NCBI GenBank assembly: GCA_965218195.1
Contig: OZ244593.1
Coordinates: 3,061,413-3,125,412, forward strand
From: Chloroflexota bacterium
GTDB lineage: Bacteria; Chloroflexota; UBA11872; VXNJ01
Length of the DNA stretch: 64,000 nt
Direction: 5' to 3'
Positions 47,990 through 58,258 of this stretch are shown here, piece by piece (positions within the stretch are counted from its first letter, which is position 1; every line of letters begins with the position of its first letter). Below the pieces are notes generated by a model, which searched no databases, was not told the origin of the DNA, and saw only the letters and a program-made list of their open reading frames with translations. The position numbers and the translations under genes are program-made.

Positions 47990-48391
47990 TGTCGAAATTG
48001 CCTGTCAAAAAGAGTAGATGGACTCTACGTCAGTCAAGGTTTCGCGGTCGGCTTCGATACTCAACCTTTCGCGAACGGCGCGCAAGTCTATTCGTACGGC
48101 AACATCCGCGCTGGGCGGCTTAGGTGACGGGGCGCGTATATCAGTTTCGTTCCGGGGAACGTCCGCTCGGCGATGCCCGGAGCGGCGATTCTAGGGCTGG
48201 GCTGGTTCCCCCTTTTGTACCTTCGGGGGGCGTCCGCGCTTAGGCGGCGAGAACAGACGAGAAAGCGAGGCAATCAGCCAGGGGCGGCGGTTACATAGTG
48301 GACCTCCGGCTGATGCTCAGCTACGCGGATGCGCTCGATTATGGAAATCATGCGATCGGTAGGACTCCCTATCGGCTGCGCCGATTACAAG

Positions 48392-49198
48392 TCAGGCTTC
48401 CAACTGCCGCGAATGCTTCAAGGCGAAATCCTCTTCCGGGGAACGGACGAGCCTCTTTCGGCCAATGACCGCAAAATAGAACAGACGGACGGCAAACAAG
48501 ACCGCGCAGCCATAGATGCCTACCCTGTAGTCCGGGTTCATTAAGAGAAAGGGTAATGTGACGGGCGCGATTGCGGCGGGCGCAATCGCGCCCGCGTTAC
48601 CCAGGGGGCTGATATACGGACGCTCGATCTTCGGAAACCGCTTCCGCAGTCGGACAAAGCAGATCATCTGCATGACGTAGGCGATGACCGCGCCGAAAAC
48701 CGCCATGTTCAACAGCACGGCCCCAACCGGCACTCCTTTGCCGAGCCAACTATCGCCAAACTCAATCAGGAGAGCTACCAGATACCCGATCATGGAGCCT
48801 GCAATCAACGCCAAGTGTGGCGTCTTGGTTTTGGATTGAGTCACCGAAAGCCGCTGTGGGAAGTAACCTGCCCTCGACAACCAGTAGATGCGTCGGCCGT
48901 AGGCATAGATGATCGCGTGAAAACTAGCGACCGGGCCGGCGACCGCTGCCAGCCCCAAAACCGATGCGCCAAGTCCTCTCCCAAAGATTGTCTTGAAAGC
49001 CAGTAGCAGCGGTTCGTCGGACGCTCCAACTGCGGACGCTCCCGGCGCGACGCCGCCCTTGACAAGTCCGGTGGCGGTCAGGAAGTGGCGGACCACGGTG
49101 GTGATGTTGGCTTCGGGTTCGGCCCGGTTGTGCCGCCGCAAAATCTCAGCGGCCGCGTCCGCGCAGATCGGATCGTTGAGATCGATCTGCTTGGACAT
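48392..49198 (-). pseudogene. C-terminal portion of an APC-superfamily amino-acid/ethanolamine-type permease. The N-terminal half is missing.
   Basis: Typical terminal TM segments (...IIYAYGRRIYWLSRAGYFPQ...VIAYVMQMICFVRLRKRFPKIERPY) are present. Only about 200 aa of the roughly 450-aa family length remain, and the first 60 aa are unrelated. Confidence 0.5.
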
Positions 49199-49441
49199 TG
49201 CGGAGCAGTCCCGTCAGCACACTTCAACTATGAAGAGCGGCTTCAGATTAGCCGAACTTCCGGTTGAGCACCCTCGGACAGAACGAAGGGACCAATCCAC
49301 ACGCCGTATCAAGCTCAGCGCCGGCGTTTGAAGTTGATCGTCTTTTCCTGCCCGCAAAGGCGGGACAAAGGAGTTTGCTATCGACTTAGCCTCTAAGTCG
49401 GGACTGTAGTAATCGCACCGTCCTATGCCGAGCGCGCGCAG

Positions 49442-50671
49442 TCAGGCGGCGGCCCGCACCGCCTTCGCCTCGTCCCGCAGTCGCTTCACCCTTTCGGCTA
49501 AGTCGCGGACTCGATCTAGAACCTCGTCGAGCCTCCCCGTCAGATCGAGCGCCGCTACGTCCAGCCGCTTGTTGGAGTGCCTGACACGGTAGGTGCCCTC
49601 GTTCGCCTCGCCCTGAGCGTAGATCAGCAGTCCGCCCGGCAAATCTAGCGCGGTGACGTATGCGAGAAGCTGGTACAAGTCCGTGTTGGGCACTCTCTCG
49701 CTGGTGATGTTCTTGTATTTAGCGTCCCCCACGAATAGGCAGGATCGTCCGTCCCACCAGGTCAGGTCGGGCCTGAGTCGTATGCCGTCCTCCTTATCGA
49801 GACTGTCTATGGCCTTCTCGAGGAACACGCGGTCGGAGACTTGCAACGCCTCCCGCAGCGCCTGTGTCACGAACTCCTGGAAGACGTCGTTCATGTCCAT
49901 CAGGAACCCGGATGCACGCACCTCACCACGACCGGACTCATACGCGCTGTGCCGCAACACGAGCCGCGACAGCGCCACCACCTCGCGATAGTGCCCGTTC
50001 AGTCGGTCGAATCGGACCTCCGGCAACGCGTTAGGCGCAAACTCGACCAGCGAGACGTTGGCGAGCATCCCCGCAATCCGCCCCAGCTCTTTCCGCGCCG
50101 CAGGCGATCGCAGCCGCATCCGGCCCAGCCGGTAGACCGCCGCCTTCACCAGCCGGTTCGCCAGGACGTCGTCCGTGAACTCGTCGTACCTCACTTCGAC
50201 CGGCACCGCGATGCCGAATCTCCGCCGTATCTGCTCGTCGAACCTGATCCGACCGCGTACGGTTTGCAGAGCCTCCTCCTCCACAACGTATCCGTGCAAA
50301 AGCCCGCGCGAGAACGCCCTTCTGGCGGCGGAGACAAGCGCAAGCGCCAGCACATCCGGCATTGCATATTCACGCGGGTAGTCGAACTGTTGGCGCTGAG
50401 GCTTGAACTTACTCATCGCGTAGCACGCAAGCGAGAGCAGCTGTGGAATCTCGATCTTTGGCTCGATCAGCACCGACAGGTCGCCAATCTCGATCGCGCC
50501 CACGGTCGAACCGGGAGTCACTTGGTAGGCTCCCTCCTTGCCCACGACGGGCTGGATTGTGAGAGATGGCAACGCCTGCAGCAGCACATCGTGCTCGGCG
50601 ACCGCGAGCTCATGCTCGCTGGTGGCGTACTCCTTCAGGTCGATTTCACGCATCGGTCGGGCCGTCGTCAT
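49442..50671 (-). CDS. McrC-like PD-(D/E)xK endonuclease subunit (pair 1).
   Basis: It is 409 aa with the motif LFVGDAKYK (D-x-K-Y-K, typical of McrC). It sits immediately downstream of, and overlapping, the McrB-like gene. Confidence 0.75.
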   Translation of the reverse strand: MTTARPMREIDLKEYATSEHELAVAEHDVLLQALPSLTIQPVVGKEGAYQVTPGSTVGAIEIGDLSVLIEPKIEIPQLLSLACYAMSKFKPQRQQFDYPREYAMPDVLALALVSAARRAFSRGLLHGYVVEEEALQTVRGRIRFDEQIRRRFGIAVPVEVRYDEFTDDVLANRLVKAAVYRLGRMRLRSPAARKELGRIAGMLANVSLVEFAPNALPEVRFDRLNGHYREVVALSRLVLRHSAYESGRGEVRASGFLMDMNDVFQEFVTQALREALQVSDRVFLEKAIDSLDKEDGIRLRPDLTWWDGRSCLFVGDAKYKNITSERVPNTDLYQLLAYVTALDLPGGLLIYAQGEANEGTYRVRHSNKRLDVAALDLTGRLDEVLDRVRDLAERVKRLRDEAKAVRAAA

Positions 50672-53006
50672 CGGCTCTGTCGGTATCGCCTGCTTCCCAT
50701 AGCTTTTCGAGGTCGAACTCGCCGAGGCGGTCGCCTTGCCCGAAGAGCAGCTCCTCGATGTACGGAAGCACGCTGTGCTTCCAGATGCGCCTGACGGCGT
50801 CCTCGTCCAGGTCCTCCTTCATGAAGTAGCTCGGCCCTATCGCGGCGTGCCGGTCGTCCCTCAACTTCTCGTTGGCTCGGTCTACGACATCGGCCACCCA
50901 CGCCATGCCCGGCGCCTTCTCCCTCAGCCAGCGCCGTAGCACCCCTTTGATGGGTTCCTCGTCCGGGTGGAACTCGACGAAGTTGAATCGGCGACGCAGC
51001 GCCAGATCGACCAGCGCGATCGAGCGGTCGGCCGTGTTCATCGTGCCGATGATGTAAAGGTTGTCCGGCAGCTCGAAAGTCTCCCCACTGTTCCTCTGGT
51101 ATTGGAGGCGTATCGCTTCGTCACGGTACTCCAGCAGGAAATACAGTTCCCCGAACACCTTGGCGACGTTGCCGCGATTGATCTCGTCGATCAGGAGGAA
51201 ATGCCTCTCGTCCGGCTCTCCCCGTGCACGCCTGCCGGCCTCAAGCAGCGGCCCGTCCGTCAGCTCGAACCCGGGCTGACCGCCTCTCAGTGTGGGGCGG
51301 AAGCCCTGCACGAAGTCTTCGTAAGCATAGGATGGATGTAACTGCACGAGATCGACCCGATCGTCCGCTCCCGCGAGATGCCTCGCTAACTTCCGCGCAA
51401 CATAGGTCTTGCCCGTTCCAGGCGGTCCCTGGAAGATGACCTGCTTCTTGTCCTCCAGCAGTTTCTCGATGTTCCCAAGGAAGTCCGCGGTGAGATGGAG
51501 TTCAGCCGCTAGCGCATCGAGGTCATCGGGCGGTGGGGGAGGCGGTGAAATGATGGTCCCTGGCATTCCCCAGACCACGGACTGCGCGTCAAGTCGATGG
51601 CGTAGCTCAAGCCCCCGCTCAGCCGCCTCGTCGATGAAGCGGTCGAGGAATATGAGCGCATGCTCGTAGACGGCAGCCTCGTCCGCCTCGCCCTCGGGTC
51701 GACGGTATTCCGTGCTGTCGTATGCCTTGTTGAACACGCCAACCCGGTACGGCGGAAACTGCTCGACGTCCAGCCCCATCAGCAGCACCGAAATCAAATT
51801 CGTGCGGTTCCCGGTCGCGCCTCTCAACGCAGAGCGTGGGACCCCGCTGCTGAAGCCGCGAATCCGTTCCGTGATCGTCGAGTCGTCTCGCGACCACAAC
51901 GCCTCGAGCTCGCTCAAGGCTTGTTCCGAATAGTCAGCGCACCACCGCGTGAAATCACTCTGAAGCTGCCAGGCAATGGGGTGGCCCGGTCTGGTCTTCA
52001 GCGCGCGCTTCAACACCTCCGGCCAGTCTTCGGCGCGGGAGACAACGGCATTACGCGCAGAGGCGAGGTCCCGACCCATTTCAAGCTTGTAGCCGATCTC
52101 CTCAATCTCCATTCGACCGGAGTCGACGTAGCTCCTTGCACGCTCGACAAACTGATCCCAAGGGTCGGATGTCGAAGACCGCCAACGCTTCGATACCTCG
52201 CCGTCGTCGTAGAAGTCGAAATCCCTGCCTAGCTCGTCCTCAAGCCCTCGACGTATCTGTACCAGTTTGCGGTCAGGGTCCTCGGTCGGCTCTCTAACGA
52301 GATACGCGAATCTCTCGGTGATCTTGTTCTTGTGGTCGCCGCTCAGGATTGCCTCGAACGTGTCGCCGTGGACGAGATGCAGTAGTGTCGCTCGCGCAAC
52401 GGCGCGGCTGTTCCGGGGACCGGTCCGCAGCGGGCCGCGCCAATCCACATCCATGACGAACTTCTTGAACTCCCAAGCAGCTTCCGGGTCCCCGGAGTCG
52501 AGCAAGCGCTCGACCGGCCCTCGCTCCTTCCACTGCTCCACGAACTCGATCAAGTAGCCAGGCAGAAGTCCGGGACTCTGACTGAAATGTCGATTTGCAC
52601 TGACGAGGCCGGGTCTAAGGCCGTCGACGCAGTCATCCGGTATTGCCATAGGTAGCGGCGACCATCCCAGCACCCGTTCGATTTCTTGCCTCTTCCATGT
52701 GCCTTTGGCGGCTTGCCGAGCAACGAGATAGGAGGCGTAAAGAACTTCTCCCATCAACTGGTAGACCTCGGCTGGACTGCCTGTCAATAGCCGCTCCAAG
52801 CTCGCAAAGAACGCGTGCTTCGATTGTCCGTTCCACTCTCCCGGTCTATCCAAAAACCGCCCGCGCAACTCACTGAGCCACTGCCTCGACCAGATCGGTT
52901 CCCCCACCGTGAAGAGCGAGTCGTCGGATCTCAACGCGCGGTCGACCCATGTGCTCGCGGCAGCGTAGACCGTCTCTCGCCCGCCTCCAGTCTTTCTGCC
53001 ACTCAC
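50646..53006 (-). CDS. McrB-like AAA+ GTPase (786 aa) with an about 480-aa N-terminal domain of unknown type (pair 1).
   Basis: It has QVIFQGPPGTGKTYVA (P-loop), LLIDEINRGNVAKVFGEL, and NLYIIGTMNTADRSIALVDLALRRRF (the McrB signature MNTADRS plus the sensor). Confidence 0.8.
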   Translation of the reverse strand: MSGRKTGGGRETVYAAASTWVDRALRSDDSLFTVGEPIWSRQWLSELRGRFLDRPGEWNGQSKHAFFASLERLLTGSPAEVYQLMGEVLYASYLVARQAAKGTWKRQEIERVLGWSPLPMAIPDDCVDGLRPGLVSANRHFSQSPGLLPGYLIEFVEQWKERGPVERLLDSGDPEAAWEFKKFVMDVDWRGPLRTGPRNSRAVARATLLHLVHGDTFEAILSGDHKNKITERFAYLVREPTEDPDRKLVQIRRGLEDELGRDFDFYDDGEVSKRWRSSTSDPWDQFVERARSYVDSGRMEIEEIGYKLEMGRDLASARNAVVSRAEDWPEVLKRALKTRPGHPIAWQLQSDFTRWCADYSEQALSELEALWSRDDSTITERIRGFSSGVPRSALRGATGNRTNLISVLLMGLDVEQFPPYRVGVFNKAYDSTEYRRPEGEADEAAVYEHALIFLDRFIDEAAERGLELRHRLDAQSVVWGMPGTIISPPPPPPDDLDALAAELHLTADFLGNIEKLLEDKKQVIFQGPPGTGKTYVARKLARHLAGADDRVDLVQLHPSYAYEDFVQGFRPTLRGGQPGFELTDGPLLEAGRRARGEPDERHFLLIDEINRGNVAKVFGELYFLLEYRDEAIRLQYQRNSGETFELPDNLYIIGTMNTADRSIALVDLALRRRFNFVEFHPDEEPIKGVLRRWLREKAPGMAWVADVVDRANEKLRDDRHAAIGPSYFMKEDLDEDAVRRIWKHSVLPYIEELLFGQGDRLGEFDLEKLWEAGDTDRADDDGPTDA

Positions 53007-53183
53007 CGTTGTCCTCCCGCCGCTGTCTCTAGCCGTCTCGCCTCAGCATCGCTGATTGAACCCACATCGTACTGTCGTTGTGTACCACGAAGGCTCATCA
53101 GCCCCTCGTATCCACACCGTGGAGATGGACCTGCGGCGCCCGGGGGGAAACGCATGCGTCCACGGCCTGAAACCGAGCAGAGA

Positions 53184-53219
53184 GATTCTCAGTTCGTGCG
53201 GTCCAGCGAACTGAGAATC
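53184..53219. promoter_or_regulatory. 13-bp perfect inverted repeat (GATTCTCAGTTCG-N10-CGAACTGAGAATC) between the two McrBC-like pairs.
   Basis: Read directly. It lies downstream of mcrC-like 2 and upstream of mcrB-like 1. No convincing U-tract follows it, so it is either an operator or a weak terminator. Confidence 0.4.
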
Positions 53220-53412
53220 AATGCCGGCCGAGCCGAGGCAACAACAGATTTAGCCACCCTATTCACACATAGGGTTTGCTATTGCCGCCGACCAGAGCAT
53301 TGGACAGGTGGACCTTCTTCCTCCTCAGGAGCCTGCTAGTGCCACCGCCCAACACCTGCTCACCATCTTCTCTGGTTCAAATCGCGGCCTGCGAGCCGTC
53401 GAGGGCAGCGGG

Positions 53413-54624
53413 TCAGGCTACGGTCCGAAGCACCCTTGCCGCATCCCGCAGTGCCTTTACCCTGATCGCCACTTCCCGGACTCTTGCGAGAACCTCGTCG
53501 AGCGTCTCCGAGAGGTCGAGACCTGCGACTTCCAATCGCTTGCCGGAGTGTCTCACGCAGTAGGTTCCCGCTTCGGCCTCGCCCTGCGCATATATCAACA
53601 ACCCGCCCGGCAGGTCGAGCGCAGTGACGTAGGCCAGCAGCTGGTATAAGTCCGAGTTCGGCACTCTTTCGCCGGTCAGGTTCTTATATTTCGCATCGCC
53701 CACGAATAGGCAGGATCGCCCTTCCCACCATGTCAGATCGGGCTTGAGTGGTACGGCGCCTTCTTCATCAAGGCTGTTTATCATCTTCTCGAGGAACACT
53801 CGGTCCGAGAGCCGCAAGACCTCCCTCAGCGCCTGTGCGACGAACTCTTGGAATACCACGTTCATGTCCATCAGGAATCCGGGGGCGCGCACTTCCCCGC
53901 GATCGGCCTCATACGCGCTGTGTCGCAGGACGAGCCGCGAGAGCGCTACCACCTCACGGTAGTGCTCGTTGAGCCGGTCGAATCGGAGCTCCGGCACCGC
54001 GTTGGGCGGATACTCGACCACCGAGACGCTGTCGAGCATGCCCGCTATACGCCTCAACTCCCGACGCGCCTCCCTCCATCGCAACCTCATCCGGACCAGC
54101 CGTTCCACCGCCGCCTTCACAAGCCGGTTCGCCAGTATGTCCTCGGTAAACTCGTCGTACCTGACCTCGACCGGCACGCTGACGCCGAATCTACGGCGTA
54201 TCTGCTCGTCGAACCGGATTCGCCCTCGCACCGTGTGGAGTGCCTCTTCCTCCACTACGTAGCCGTGGAGCAGGCCGCGCGAAAACGCTCGCCGGGCGGC
54301 AGACGCGAGGGCTAGTGCCAGCACATCCGGCAGCGCATACTCGCGCGGGTAGTCGAACTCCTCACGGCGCATTTGAAGTTTGCCCATCACGTAGCACACG
54401 AGCGAGACCAACTGGGCAATCCCGATCTTCGGCTCGATCAGCACGGATAGGTCGCCGATCTCGATCGCACCAACCGTGGAGCCGGGTGTGATTCTGTAGG
54501 TTCCTTCTCTGCCCATCACAGGCTCGATCGTCAGACTCAGCGGTGCCTCCTGTAGAGCATCACGCTGAGCGATCGAGAGCGCATGTTCGCTGGATCTGTA
54601 CTCTGTTAGGTTGAGTTCATCCAT
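53413..54624 (-). CDS. McrC-like endonuclease subunit (pair 2), a diverged paralog of 49442-50671.
   Basis: It is 403 aa with the same LFVGDAKYK motif. It is collinear with pair 1 and I estimate about 75% identity by eye. Confidence 0.75.
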   Translation of the reverse strand: MDELNLTEYRSSEHALSIAQRDALQEAPLSLTIEPVMGREGTYRITPGSTVGAIEIGDLSVLIEPKIGIAQLVSLVCYVMGKLQMRREEFDYPREYALPDVLALALASAARRAFSRGLLHGYVVEEEALHTVRGRIRFDEQIRRRFGVSVPVEVRYDEFTEDILANRLVKAAVERLVRMRLRWREARRELRRIAGMLDSVSVVEYPPNAVPELRFDRLNEHYREVVALSRLVLRHSAYEADRGEVRAPGFLMDMNVVFQEFVAQALREVLRLSDRVFLEKMINSLDEEGAVPLKPDLTWWEGRSCLFVGDAKYKNLTGERVPNSDLYQLLAYVTALDLPGGLLIYAQGEAEAGTYCVRHSGKRLEVAGLDLSETLDEVLARVREVAIRVKALRDAARVLRTVA

Positions 54625-56989
54625 CGCTCAGCCCGTGGACGTCGCCAGGTCCGTCGGGGTCTTTTGCTCTCCTCAGGCTCTCTAGGTCGAACTCGCCCAG
54701 CCGGCCGCCTTCCCCGAAGAGACGCTCCTCGATGTACGGCAGCACGCTGTGCTTCCAAATGCGCTGGACAGCGTCCTCGTCGAGGTGGTCCTTCATGAAG
54801 TAGCTCGGCCCAATGGCGGCATGCCGATCGTCCGCGAGCTTCTCATTGGCCCGGTCGACCACATCGGGCACCCATGCCATGTCGGGTGCCTTTTCCCTCA
54901 GCCGCCGGCGCAACACGCCCTTGATGGGCTCTTCGTCCGGGTGGAACTCGATGAAGTAGAACCGGCGGCGCAGCGCCAGGTCCACGAGCGCGATCGAGCG
55001 GTCCGCCGTGTTCATTGTCCCGATGATGTACAGATTGCCGGGTAAGGCGAAGGTCTCTCCGCTGTGTCTCTGATACTGGAGGCGCATCTTCTCTTCGCGG
55101 TACTCCAGCAGAAAGTACAACTCACCGAAGACCTTAGCTACGTTGCCACGGTTGATTTCGTCGATGACCAGGTAGTGCTTCCCTTTATCCCCTCGCGCGC
55201 GCTCGGCGGCCTCAAGCAGCGGACCGTCTATCAACTCGAATTTCAACTCACCGTCCGTCAGCGTGGGACGAATGCCACGCACGAAGTCTTCGTAAGCGTA
55301 GGAGGGATGTAGCTGCACGAGTGTTACCCGGTCCTCTGAGCCCGCCAGATACCTCGCAAGCTCCCGGGCAACGTACGTCTTCCCTGTTCCGGGCGGCCCC
55401 TGGAAGATGACCTGCTTCTTTTCATCAAGCAGTGATTCAATGTTCCCGAGGAAGTCGGCCGTCAGGTAGAGTTCGACAGCGAGCCTTTCGATGCCGTCGG
55501 GCGGAATTGGCGGCGGTACTGGACCGTGCCCTTGCATTCCCCAAATCACAGACTGCGCATCTAGCCGATGGCGCAACTCAAGCTCCCGCTTGGTGGCCTC
55601 GTCGATGAAGCGGTCGAGGAACGCGAGCGCGTGTTCATAAACCGAGGCCTCGTCCTTCTCATCTCGCGGCCGACCGTATCCGGTGCTGTCATACGCCTCA
55701 TTGAACACACCTACCCTGAACGGCGGATACTGTTCGACATCCAGCCCCATCAGGAGCACCGATACCACGTTCGCGCGATTCCCGGTCGCGCCTCTCACAG
55801 CCGAGCGAGGGAGCCCGTTGCTGAAACCGCGAATGCGTTCCACCAGCGTCGAATCGTCTGGCGACCACAACTTGCGCAACGCGCTGCGCGCCTCCTCCGA
55901 GTAGTCGGCGCTCCATCGATTGAAGTCGCTTAGAAGCTGCCATGCTATGGGATGGCCCGTCCTGGTCCTGAGAGCGTGCTTCAGCACGTCTTGCCACCCG
56001 TCGGTTTGGTCGAGAACGGCGCCACGTGCCAGGGCGAGGTCCTGCCCCATTTCGAGCTTGTATTTGATCTCCTCAGGATCCAATCGACCGGAGTCGACGT
56101 AGCTCTTTGCGCTTCCAACAAACACATCCCAACGGTCGGCGGTCGAAGACCGCCAACGCTTCGATACCTCGTCATCGTCGTAGAAGTCGAAGTCCCGACC
56201 CGTTTCAGCCTCAAGTCCCCGGCGAATCTGCGCCAATTGTCGGTCAATGTCATCCGTCCGCTCCGTTACGAGATATGCGAACCTCTCAGCGATCTCGTTC
56301 TTGTGATCGACGCTCAGGATTACCTCGAAACTATCGGGGTGAACCAAATGCAGTAGGGTCGCCTGCTGCATCGCCCGGCGATTCGAGGGACTACTGCGCA
56401 GCGGACCACGCCAATTGACTCTCGCGACGAATTCCTTGAACTCCCAGGCGGCTTCAGCATCCGTGGAGTCGAGCAAGCGGAGGTCTGCCCCTCGCTCCTT
56501 CCATTGCTCCACAAACTCGATGAAGTAGCCGAACTGGAGTCCGAAGTTGGCTGTGAAGGACGGTCCCGGGTGTACGAGGCCAGGCGCTAACCCGTCGACG
56601 CAGTCATCCGGCACGCTCGTAGGCGTCGGCGACCATCCGAGCACTTGCTCAATGCGTTCCCTCTTCTGTCTCTCGCTCATTCCACCTCGCCCTCGGTGAA
56701 AGACGACGAGATACGCGACGTAAATCACTTCTCCCATCAACTGGTATACCGGGGCTGGACTACCCTCCAAGAGCCTCTCTAACTTCCCGAAGAAGTCGCT
56801 TCTCGGTAGCCGGTTCCACTCGTCGGGTCGGTCCAAGAAACGACTGCGTAGCTCACCAAGCCACCGCGTCGACCAGACCAGCTCCCCGGGCGTGAAGAGC
56901 GAGTCGTCGGCTCTCAAAGCGCGGTCGACCCATCTGCGGGCAGCCGCGTAGACCCGCTCCTGCCCGTCTCCCGCCTTTGTGCTACTCAC
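54617..56989 (-). CDS. McrB-like AAA+ GTPase (790 aa), a diverged paralog of 50646-53006 (pair 2).
   Basis: It has the same P-loop, DEINRGN and MNTADRS motifs. Its N-terminal about 480 aa are about 65-70% identical to pair 1 by eye. Confidence 0.8.
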   Translation of the reverse strand: MSSTKAGDGQERVYAAARRWVDRALRADDSLFTPGELVWSTRWLGELRSRFLDRPDEWNRLPRSDFFGKLERLLEGSPAPVYQLMGEVIYVAYLVVFHRGRGGMSERQKRERIEQVLGWSPTPTSVPDDCVDGLAPGLVHPGPSFTANFGLQFGYFIEFVEQWKERGADLRLLDSTDAEAAWEFKEFVARVNWRGPLRSSPSNRRAMQQATLLHLVHPDSFEVILSVDHKNEIAERFAYLVTERTDDIDRQLAQIRRGLEAETGRDFDFYDDDEVSKRWRSSTADRWDVFVGSAKSYVDSGRLDPEEIKYKLEMGQDLALARGAVLDQTDGWQDVLKHALRTRTGHPIAWQLLSDFNRWSADYSEEARSALRKLWSPDDSTLVERIRGFSNGLPRSAVRGATGNRANVVSVLLMGLDVEQYPPFRVGVFNEAYDSTGYGRPRDEKDEASVYEHALAFLDRFIDEATKRELELRHRLDAQSVIWGMQGHGPVPPPIPPDGIERLAVELYLTADFLGNIESLLDEKKQVIFQGPPGTGKTYVARELARYLAGSEDRVTLVQLHPSYAYEDFVRGIRPTLTDGELKFELIDGPLLEAAERARGDKGKHYLVIDEINRGNVAKVFGELYFLLEYREEKMRLQYQRHSGETFALPGNLYIIGTMNTADRSIALVDLALRRRFYFIEFHPDEEPIKGVLRRRLREKAPDMAWVPDVVDRANEKLADDRHAAIGPSYFMKDHLDEDAVQRIWKHSVLPYIEERLFGEGGRLGEFDLESLRRAKDPDGPGDVHGLSDG

Positions 56990-57091
56990 CGTTGTCCTCC
57001 CCCAGCTGTCCCCGGGTGCCGCGCTTCATCAACGCTTATCGACCCCACATCGTACTGTTCTGGGAGCTCTAGTTCCGTCCAAACATAGTGC

Positions 57092-58096
57092 TTGATAATT
57101 CCGCAAACCAGAGCAAGGGTCGTGTGGATGTTTTCCTCTCCGGAGTCCGCCATGCCTACCGCTCAATCTACCCTGCCCACTGTCTTCTCTGGCTCTGCTT
57201 CCGGCTGGGATGCCTCGCTCTACGCCTTCCTGGCCGAGAAGCAACGCCGCTCGGGCTCGCTCCGTACTCCTGACTCTTACTACCGCACTCTCCGACACTT
57301 CTTCGGCTCTACCCAGAAGTCGCCGAATCAAGTGTCTGCTCAGGATGTCTTTTCGTTCGCCCATGGGGTCGGCCTCTCGGGGCGTGAACCGTCTCCCACC
57401 ACCGTCGGCGCTCGCATCTGCTGTCTCTCTTCGTTCTATAAGTTCCTCATCCGGCTGGATCTGCTTGCCTCCAATCCCTGCGATCCGGTGGAACGCCCCA
57501 AGCCTCGTCCCAGCGCACCAAGCGGCCTCTCCGCTGCACAGGTGCAGCAGCTCCTTCAGGTCATCCCCGATACCGTCAAGGGCAGGCGTGACCTCGCCAT
57601 CGTCCTCACCCTGGTCCTAACCGGCAGACGCAGGTCCGAAGTCGTCAACCTGACTGCCGGCGATATCGCCTTCGATGACTCGGCCGCCTTCTACCGCTAC
57701 GTCGGCAAGGGCGGTCTGCGCGGCCGCCGGGAACTCCCTCGTCCGGCCCTCGCCGCCATCGTTCGGTCACTCGCCGATGTCGGCAAGGACATCCACTCCA
57801 TGCAGCCCGCCGAGTCGCTTTGGCAAGCGGGCGCTGGTCCCACCGGCGTCTCCAGCGCCACCTTCTACAACCGCTTCCGCACCTACCTCCAGAAGGCCGG
57901 TCTGCCTCCTTCCGGCGTCCACGTCCTCCGCCACTCCGCCGCCAAGCTCCGCCGCGATGTCGGCGAGTCGGTTGAGTCGGTAAGCCAGTTCCTCGACCAC
58001 AGTTCGCTCGCGGTCACCACCACCTACCTCCGCAGACTGGAAGGGCAGCGCGATGCCGCCTGGCAGGGCGTCGCAACCGTTATCGGCGTGAGCTAG
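57092..58096 (+). CDS. Tyrosine-type site-specific recombinase/integrase (XerC/D-like).
   Basis: It has the C-terminal catalytic pattern ...LTGRRRSE...HVLRHSAAKLRRDVG...LDHSSLAVTTTYL (R...HxxR...Y). The start may be at 57131 or 57152. Confidence 0.8.
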   Translation: MIIPQTRARVVWMFSSPESAMPTAQSTLPTVFSGSASGWDASLYAFLAEKQRRSGSLRTPDSYYRTLRHFFGSTQKSPNQVSAQDVFSFAHGVGLSGREPSPTTVGARICCLSSFYKFLIRLDLLASNPCDPVERPKPRPSAPSGLSAAQVQQLLQVIPDTVKGRRDLAIVLTLVLTGRRRSEVVNLTAGDIAFDDSAAFYRYVGKGGLRGRRELPRPALAAIVRSLADVGKDIHSMQPAESLWQAGAGPTGVSSATFYNRFRTYLQKAGLPPSGVHVLRHSAAKLRRDVGESVESVSQFLDHSSLAVTTTYLRRLEGQRDAAWQGVATVIGVS

Positions 58097-58258
58097 CTCG
58101 CCCCGCCTACGGCGTTCTTCGCCTCGCAGGTCTAGAATCTGCTCCGGTCGGGCGGCAGCGCATTCCCCTTCCACCAATGCACGTATCACTGCCGTCCCGC
58201 CTTATGGGCGGATCGGTGTCTACGCTGTTGGCCTCTACCATCAGGATGCCGGTCCGCC

